Positions 58,690-64,000 of a stretch of DNA of 64,000 bases are shown here, piece after piece. This stretch comes from a virus. Location: IMG/VR virus record IMGVR_UViG_3300028844_004205, positions 2,366 through 66,365 of that record, one strand, 5' to 3'. The notes under the pieces are model-generated. The model searched no databases and was not told the DNA's origin. It was given only the letters and a program-made list of their open reading frames with translations. The position numbers and the translations under genes are program-made. The stretch's first letter is position 1, and every line of letters starts with the position of its first letter.

Positions 58690-58910
58690 ATCACTTGCCG
58701 TGACGTAAAACCTTAATAAGGTTATACACGCGTGGGGGCGGCGAACAGCCCCCAACTTCTAAAGGAGAATTAGATGATTTTATTATGGCTTTATATATTT
58801 ATAGGTTATACATGTGCTGTAGCAGTATTCTCAGAAGCACGAGAAGAGGCAGTAAAAGAAACAATGGTTGTTAATATAGTAGCCTTTGTAATTATTCTTG
58901 TAGCTTTCCC

Positions 58911-59818
58911 TTGGTTCTGGTTAAAAAACGGAGCACCTTGGAAATGAAAAAACTGTTCAATCTAGCTTATAATTTCGGTACTCCTGTAGATCCAATCAAA
59001 ACTGAAAAAGCAATAAAAGATATGTGGTACACTCATCCTTCCGGACCCGGGTGCTCGATTACTATGGGAGGAAGTACAACGACAGAATTGTTTGTAGAAA
59101 AACCTGTATCCCAGAACAAACCACACGAAGTGCCGGATGACATAGATGGTTTTTCTTGTGGAAGAACTAATTTCGAAAAGTCGAAACACTCATGACAGGC
59201 TTAGAGTTACCAACGATCTTTATCTATTTAGTAGGAACCTGCGCCATGCACTGGTGTAGTTTTAATTTTGAAATAGAAAAAGATGATAGCTATATAATTG
59301 TAAAGGTGCAAGATGTACCAACACAAACTATAGAGACAATGAAATTCTCTATACAAGATCTTATAATGGATGGATACAAAAAGGAATTTAAATCATGCCC
59401 AGAGCAAACTCAGCCTTACTTACCTCTTCAGAAGCTGCAGAAGCAAACAGCTCCTTAGCTACGGAGCTAGAAGCAGAGCAACAACAAATAATAGAATCTA
59501 CTGAAATTATAGAAGAGCTTTCTCAAAAGGTTAAATCCCATAAAAAAGATGTAGCCGCGTCTAAAAGAAATATTAAACGTTTAGAGAAAGAAATTGCAGC
59601 CCGCTTTAAATAAGTATACAGTTATTTGGCTTGGTGAAGTACAAGCTGAAGATCATGTAAATGCAGCTAAAGCAGTATTCTCCGCGTTCCATGATCCAAC
59701 TCCCTACAGTGCTATATTCGATGTAGCCAGAGAAGATGGGGAAATAATAACTATAAACTTAGTAGAAGAACAAAAGAAATTACTATCTACCAAACTAGAA
59801 GAGACTAACCCTTTCTAA
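58911..59818 (+). other. Small hypothetical genes (58911..59195, 59192..59458, 59395..59613, 59594..59818)
   Basis: Co-oriented overlapping short ORFs. Confidence 0.5.
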
Positions 59819-60228
59819 TGGCTACAGAAGCACAGTATAAAAATAAAATAAAGCGTATACTCAACCGGGATCATACTGAAGTATTTGTGCAGGCTATGGC
59901 AACTATGTATAGCAATGGTACACCTGATGTATACTACGAAGGTGATGGCGCTTGTATCTGGATTGAATATAAATACTATTCAAAGAAACTTCCTAAGATA
60001 CTAGATTTAATAGGAAAAGGAAAACTATCCGTTAAGCAGGCCATATGGCTAGAACGCGCTCATAATAATAATCAAAAAGTAGCTGTAATAGTAGGAACAC
60101 CCACAGGTGGTGTTATACTAGAAGGCCTAAACTGGAAAGGAGAACACATAAGTGCAGAATTGGATCCATTACTCAATGATAAAGAAATTTGCAGCTGGAT
60201 AGCTGAACAGGTTCATGCGGGAAGGTAA
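59818..60228 (+). CDS. VRR-NUC / Holliday-junction-resolvase-like nuclease
   Basis: NGTPDVYY...WIEYK...LSVKQAIWL. Confidence 0.8.
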   Translation: MATEAQYKNKIKRILNRDHTEVFVQAMATMYSNGTPDVYYEGDGACIWIEYKYYSKKLPKILDLIGKGKLSVKQAIWLERAHNNNQKVAVIVGTPTGGVILEGLNWKGEHISAELDPLLNDKEICSWIAEQVHAGR

Positions 60229-60440
60229 AACTCCGTGGTGACCGCAGCGGCATCTCCAACTAGAATATAAATAAGCCTTCCCGGGGGTATGGTACCCTTT
60301 TCATACTTATTTATAATCAATCGCTGCAACAAATTTAAAATTATTTCACAAGGAATGTGATATGATTCATATTATAAGAAAAGCCATTATAGTAATCGAC
60401 GGGATTACCTTCATAATACGCTCGTTAAAAGGAACTAAAA

Positions 60441-60677
60441 ATGACCATAATAAAAGAAGGCCTAATAAAAAGACTCCACGTAAATAAGCATACTATCACT
60501 TCTAATAGAAAGCGTAACTCAAATGAGCCTTCTATTACAATTCAGACGTCTCGTATGCCACACCACGCTCGTAAAGTTGAGATTAAGGGACCCAGTACCT
60601 TCATACAATCACCAACGCCACTGTCCTGCGGTGCGCGGGTCTGGATTGAAACACACGCGGAAGTAGAGTATGAATGA
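60441..60677 (+). CDS. Conserved phage hypothetical protein
   Basis: RLHVNKHTI..N...VEIKGPS....PLSCGARVWIET. Confidence 0.7.
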   Translation: MTIIKEGLIKRLHVNKHTITSNRKRNSNEPSITIQTSRMPHHARKVEIKGPSTFIQSPTPLSCGARVWIETHAEVEYE

Positions 60678-60959
60678 CATACTCTCCTACAGAATACTAA
60701 CTCTTGCAGAGAACATAGAACGACATTCCCGTCATGGGTATAGTAAAGAGCTAGATGAGGTAAGAGCAGATGAATTATTTATAGCTATACATGATGATGC
60801 AGACCGGATAATAAAAGGAATTAGAGATGACAAATAACAAGCCAGATTATCTACACTCTGATATGTGGTGTAATGAACATGACATAAGAAAAAGCTGGGA
60901 AGTAGATAAGAAACCTTCCCTTAAAACTCTGTACTGTACTAAGTGTAAGGAAGAGAAAA

Positions 60960-61343
60960 ATGGAAGAACTATTACTGAACCAGATAAAAACACCTGACGG
61001 CACAATATTAAGAAGCCATAGTAGGCATGACTACGTTACCCATGTAGATGCTAACGGGCATGAATATATGGTAGATGGGGGCTTATCTTATCTACGTAGA
61101 AGCTTCTTTAATAACGCCCCCTTCAAAGAGATGTCGCAATATTACAAACCTAATGACCATGCGCATAACAGAGAATATGCTAGCTGGGGTACATATGGCA
61201 AAAATGGAGATATGCCGCTACACTATAAATTAGTAAAGGATATGGAAACAAGCCACTTATGGGCAGTTCTTGCTATGCAAGCTCCTGTTGCCCGAATACT
61301 AAAATTAATAATGGAGAAAGAACTTGAACAACGTAATGATTGA
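60960..61343 (+). CDS. Conserved phage hypothetical protein
   Basis: TPDGTILRS.SRHDYVTH...MVDGGLSYLRR...WGTYGKNG. Confidence 0.7.
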   Translation: MEELLLNQIKTPDGTILRSHSRHDYVTHVDANGHEYMVDGGLSYLRRSFFNNAPFKEMSQYYKPNDHAHNREYASWGTYGKNGDMPLHYKLVKDMETSHLWAVLAMQAPVARILKLIMEKELEQRND

Positions 61344-61860
61344 CCTAGAAACAATGGGTACTTCACACCATTCTCTTATCATAGCTATTGGGGCAACGTT
61401 CTTTAACCCGTTGTCCGAGGAGCTCGGTCACCAGTTCTATATGAATATAGACTGGCAATCTGGTATGGATGCGGGTATGGAAATGGATACAGCAACTGTA
61501 AAGTGGTGGCTACAACAATCACCAGAAGCTATACAAAGTATTCTAGAACACGGTGAAGATATAGATCATGCACTAGATGAGTTTAGTAAATTCTTAAAGC
61601 AAGATGAAAAACTAGATGGTTCTATAAAAGTATGGGGTAATGGTGCTACCTTCGATATATCTATATTAGAAAACGCATATAACTTCGACACCCCTTGGGA
61701 TTTCTATAATACTAGAGATTGTAGAACAGTAGAAGATTTGGCCAAAGGTATAGTAGATAGGAAAGACATAGAACGCAAAGGTATTCATCATAATGCTCTT
61801 GATGATTCTATATACCAAGCTAAGTATATATCTAAAATGATTCAGGCTTTGACAAGATAA
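61324..61860 (+). CDS. DEDDh 3'-5' exonuclease (DUF5051/Rv2179c-like)
   Basis: VMIDLETMG, TVKWW, VWGNGATFD, RDCRT, HNALDD. Confidence 0.9.
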   Translation: MNNVMIDLETMGTSHHSLIIAIGATFFNPLSEELGHQFYMNIDWQSGMDAGMEMDTATVKWWLQQSPEAIQSILEHGEDIDHALDEFSKFLKQDEKLDGSIKVWGNGATFDISILENAYNFDTPWDFYNTRDCRTVEDLAKGIVDRKDIERKGIHHNALDDSIYQAKYISKMIQALTR

Positions 61861-62020
61861 TGGGCTGCGTAGTAGGGGCTGGCCTATACAAACAAGTAGA
61901 AGCGAAAAAGAAAGAACTTAACTACTTATTAAAACAAATAAAAGTTCAACTGTTAAAAGTTGCAGATTTGAAAAAAGATATAAAAGAACTAGAACTAGCT
62001 ATGCTAGAGGAAATGAGATG

Positions 62021-62049
62021 ATGGCGGACACTAATCCGCCATTTATTTT
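62021..62049 (+). terminator. Terminator where the two transcription arms converge
   Basis: ATGGCGGA-CACTAA-TCCGCCAT followed by TTATTTT. Confidence 0.75.
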
Positions 62050-62071
62050 ACATCACACCCAACCGTGGTGC

Positions 62072-62449
62072 TTAAAATGTGTCTCTATCATTAGCATGGT
62101 AATCAATACACATCTCATAACCTTCTTTGTATGAGTCTTCCTGTGCTATATTAGAATGATAATAGATCCACTGGGCCGCGGACCGCGTTAACATCTTAAC
62201 ATTATCAGGCATAACAGTAGCTGGGAAACTCATAATAGCATCTACTAGATCCTCTATTGGCATTCCGCCGTCCCGCTTCTCCGCGGCTTGGGATGCGCTA
62301 GCCGCCCAATATTGGCACATACTACGCTCCTGTTCCGTAACTAGCGAGTCTGCTGATAAGCAGATACTTCCTAAAAGTAAGAATGTACTTATAATTATTT
62401 TCATGTTATATATCCTGTCGTTAAAATAAATAAACCCATGGCTAACCAA
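62072..62449 (-). CDS. Putative exported protein
   Basis: Signal-peptide-like MKIIISTFLLLGSICLSA from the ATG at 62404, with a Cys pair in the mature part. Confidence 0.6.
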   Translation of the reverse strand: MVSHGFIYFNDRIYNMKIIISTFLLLGSICLSADSLVTEQERSMCQYWAASASQAAEKRDGGMPIEDLVDAIMSFPATVMPDNVKMLTRSAAQWIYYHSNIAQEDSYKEGYEMCIDYHANDRDTF

Positions 62450-62940
62450 CCGCGAATCTTCTCTATATATGACCAGTTTCTATCAGCATAATTCCTAGCC
62501 ATGATACCCGCTGCAGGGGTAGCTAGTGCATAAGCAATAGAGATAGCTGCCCATGACAGGTCTTGTGTATAGATAGCTAAAGGTATACACGGAGCCGTGA
62601 TATATAATCCCATAAGCGCGGCTGACCACCAAGCGTTATCGGTTATCTGCCCTCGTTCCCAGTTGTCTTCATTGTACTCATACCCTGAGTGTCCCATTAA
62701 CATCTTACCGAAAATGTCACCTGTCCCCATGAACTGCTTGAACGCAACAAACCATACCAAGAATATGGCTGACTCCCACGACCAACCAATTAAATAACAA
62801 TAGATAGATGCCGTTGCTGTGTTGGCCGGGATCTTTAAACTATAGGGGTACCAGTTTGGTAGATGTTTGTGGTAGCTACCTCCGTGGGCCGTATCCAAGT
62901 AGCCCGCTACTATGATGAAGGATATATATAGATAAATCAT
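62401..62940 (-). CDS. Multi-pass membrane protein
   Basis: Several hydrophobic Trp/Tyr-rich helices. Confidence 0.6.
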   Translation of the reverse strand: MIYLYISFIIVAGYLDTAHGGSYHKHLPNWYPYSLKIPANTATASIYCYLIGWSWESAIFLVWFVAFKQFMGTGDIFGKMLMGHSGYEYNEDNWERGQITDNAWWSAALMGLYITAPCIPLAIYTQDLSWAAISIAYALATPAAGIMARNYADRNWSYIEKIRGWLAMGLFILTTGYIT

Positions 62941-63602
62941 AGTTTTATCATTAAGTTTAAGAACGAAGTAGGCTGTACTACGTTAAATGCTGTACTACTA
63001 CCAGAGCTACTTGTAGTTCTAGTGTTACTACCATTGGGAAATCCGGTACTGTCATTAACCCCTTTTGGCTCAGAACCAGCAGTTGTGGTTGCTGTATTAG
63101 TAGTTCTTTCTATGTGATCATGTGCGAAAGTCTCTGCTAATGTCGGAGTATGATTCTCTTCACCAACAGTATCACCCAAAGTTCTAGCTGTTAAACTTGC
63201 GCCTGTGCCTGATATGCCTAATGCTCTACCTAAAGTTAAAGGAACAGTTAATGTCTTATTAGCTGCAAAATCTGCTGCTGCGCTTGCGCCCCTGCCAGAT
63301 GAAACGGGACATTCAGCATCAGACATATTGGTATAAAGTAAGGTGTATAAATCTTCTGTATCATCATTAGCGCGATTACTAGCCCCACTTGATGCACTAC
63401 CAATAGATCCGTCATCGGCTAATATCCACCCATCATCTGCAGTTGTCCTATAAGTTAATTTAGTATCTCCGGTGAATGCAGCAATAAGACCGGAAGTAGA
63501 TGCTATAATATCCCAACTATCAGTCGCTAGGGTATATACGTACTGCGCTCCGTTAACTGAGTTATATACTTGACCGTCTGTTGGGCTGCTTGGAAATGCC
63601 AT
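62937..63602 (-). CDS. Short tail fibre with collar domain
   Basis: TGDTK...GWILADDGSIG...LYTLL...ARTLGDTVGEENH..LAETFAHDH...FNVVQPT..LNLMIKL. Confidence 0.85.
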   Translation of the reverse strand: MAFPSSPTDGQVYNSVNGAQYVYTLATDSWDIIASTSGLIAAFTGDTKLTYRTTADDGWILADDGSIGSASSGASNRANDDTEDLYTLLYTNMSDAECPVSSGRGASAAADFAANKTLTVPLTLGRALGISGTGASLTARTLGDTVGEENHTPTLAETFAHDHIERTTNTATTTAGSEPKGVNDSTGFPNGSNTRTTSSSGSSTAFNVVQPTSFLNLMIKL

Positions 63603-63605
63603 AAT

Positions 63606-63983
63606 TTATTTTATCCGTTTAGCTTTACTTTCTTTATACAGAACAGCCTTAGCATTATTAGAAGTTTCTAATAACTCTTCTATGGCTTCTTCTCTCTTTG
63701 TAAGTATCTCTATTTCTAGATTAGATGCATCTATCTCTGCTTGCGTGGGGGGTGGATTAAGAAATAATTCATATGCCGCAGCATACTCCGCCTCTTTAGC
63801 TATGTAGGCTTCGCCCTCTGCCCATACGTGATTCTCGTGTTCACCTTCACACTGACAAGGTGTTTCACCTTTCATCATAGTGACGTGGTGCCGTTTGCCG
63901 GGGACATAGAGCCTACCGATGCAATTCTCTGGTAACTCAGAGTAATTTGGCTCTTGAGTTAGGAACCACTCTTTTGGGACCAT
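63606..63983 (-). CDS. Fibre-associated hypothetical protein (chaperone-like position)
   Basis: 125-aa ORF directly upstream of the collar-domain gene. Confidence 0.5.
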   Translation of the reverse strand: MVPKEWFLTQEPNYSELPENCIGRLYVPGKRHHVTMMKGETPCQCEGEHENHVWAEGEAYIAKEAEYAAAYELFLNPPPTQAEIDASNLEIEILTKREEAIEELLETSNNAKAVLYKESKAKRIK

Positions 63984-64000
63984 TGTATTGTTAATAAATA

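Noticed and set aside
1-64000. Stop-codon reassignment, tRNA genes, or prophage/host boundary
   Set aside because: Core genes are uninterrupted in the standard code. I recognised no tRNA cloverleaf, integrase or host housekeeping gene by eye. A tRNAscan run would be needed to exclude tRNAs firmly.

Overview
The window is most of a tailed dsDNA phage genome (podovirus-like), cut within its tail-fibre region. The spanin pair points to a Gram-negative host. The minus-strand late arm (1-38204, continuing at 62072-64000) encodes an HNH nuclease, TerS/TerL, a P22-like portal, scaffold, an N4-gp56/DUF4043-type major capsid, tail and ejection proteins, lysis genes and a large fibre/adhesin cluster. 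The plus-strand arm (38529-62020) holds small early genes, a repeat-rich origin-like region, a primase-SF3 helicase, PD-(D/E)XK exonuclease, HD hydrolase, SNF2 helicase, dNMP kinase, family A DNA polymerase and other nucleases. The main finding sits inside the replication module: a four-gene ubiquitin-like conjugation cassette (51530-54461) made of a coiled-coil E2 (HPH-x7-C), a 70-aa Ubl ending -KG-NS, a JAB/JAMM peptidase and a ThiF-family E1. Secondary signals are Shine-Dalgarno-occluding hairpins on three late genes, three adjacent proteins ending in -RFK, an N-terminal leader shared by the scaffold and an early protein, shared terminal peptides among fibre proteins, and two candidate structured RNAs. 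I saw no integrase, RNA polymerase, tRNA or CRISPR array. All product calls come from motif recognition by eye, with no database search.
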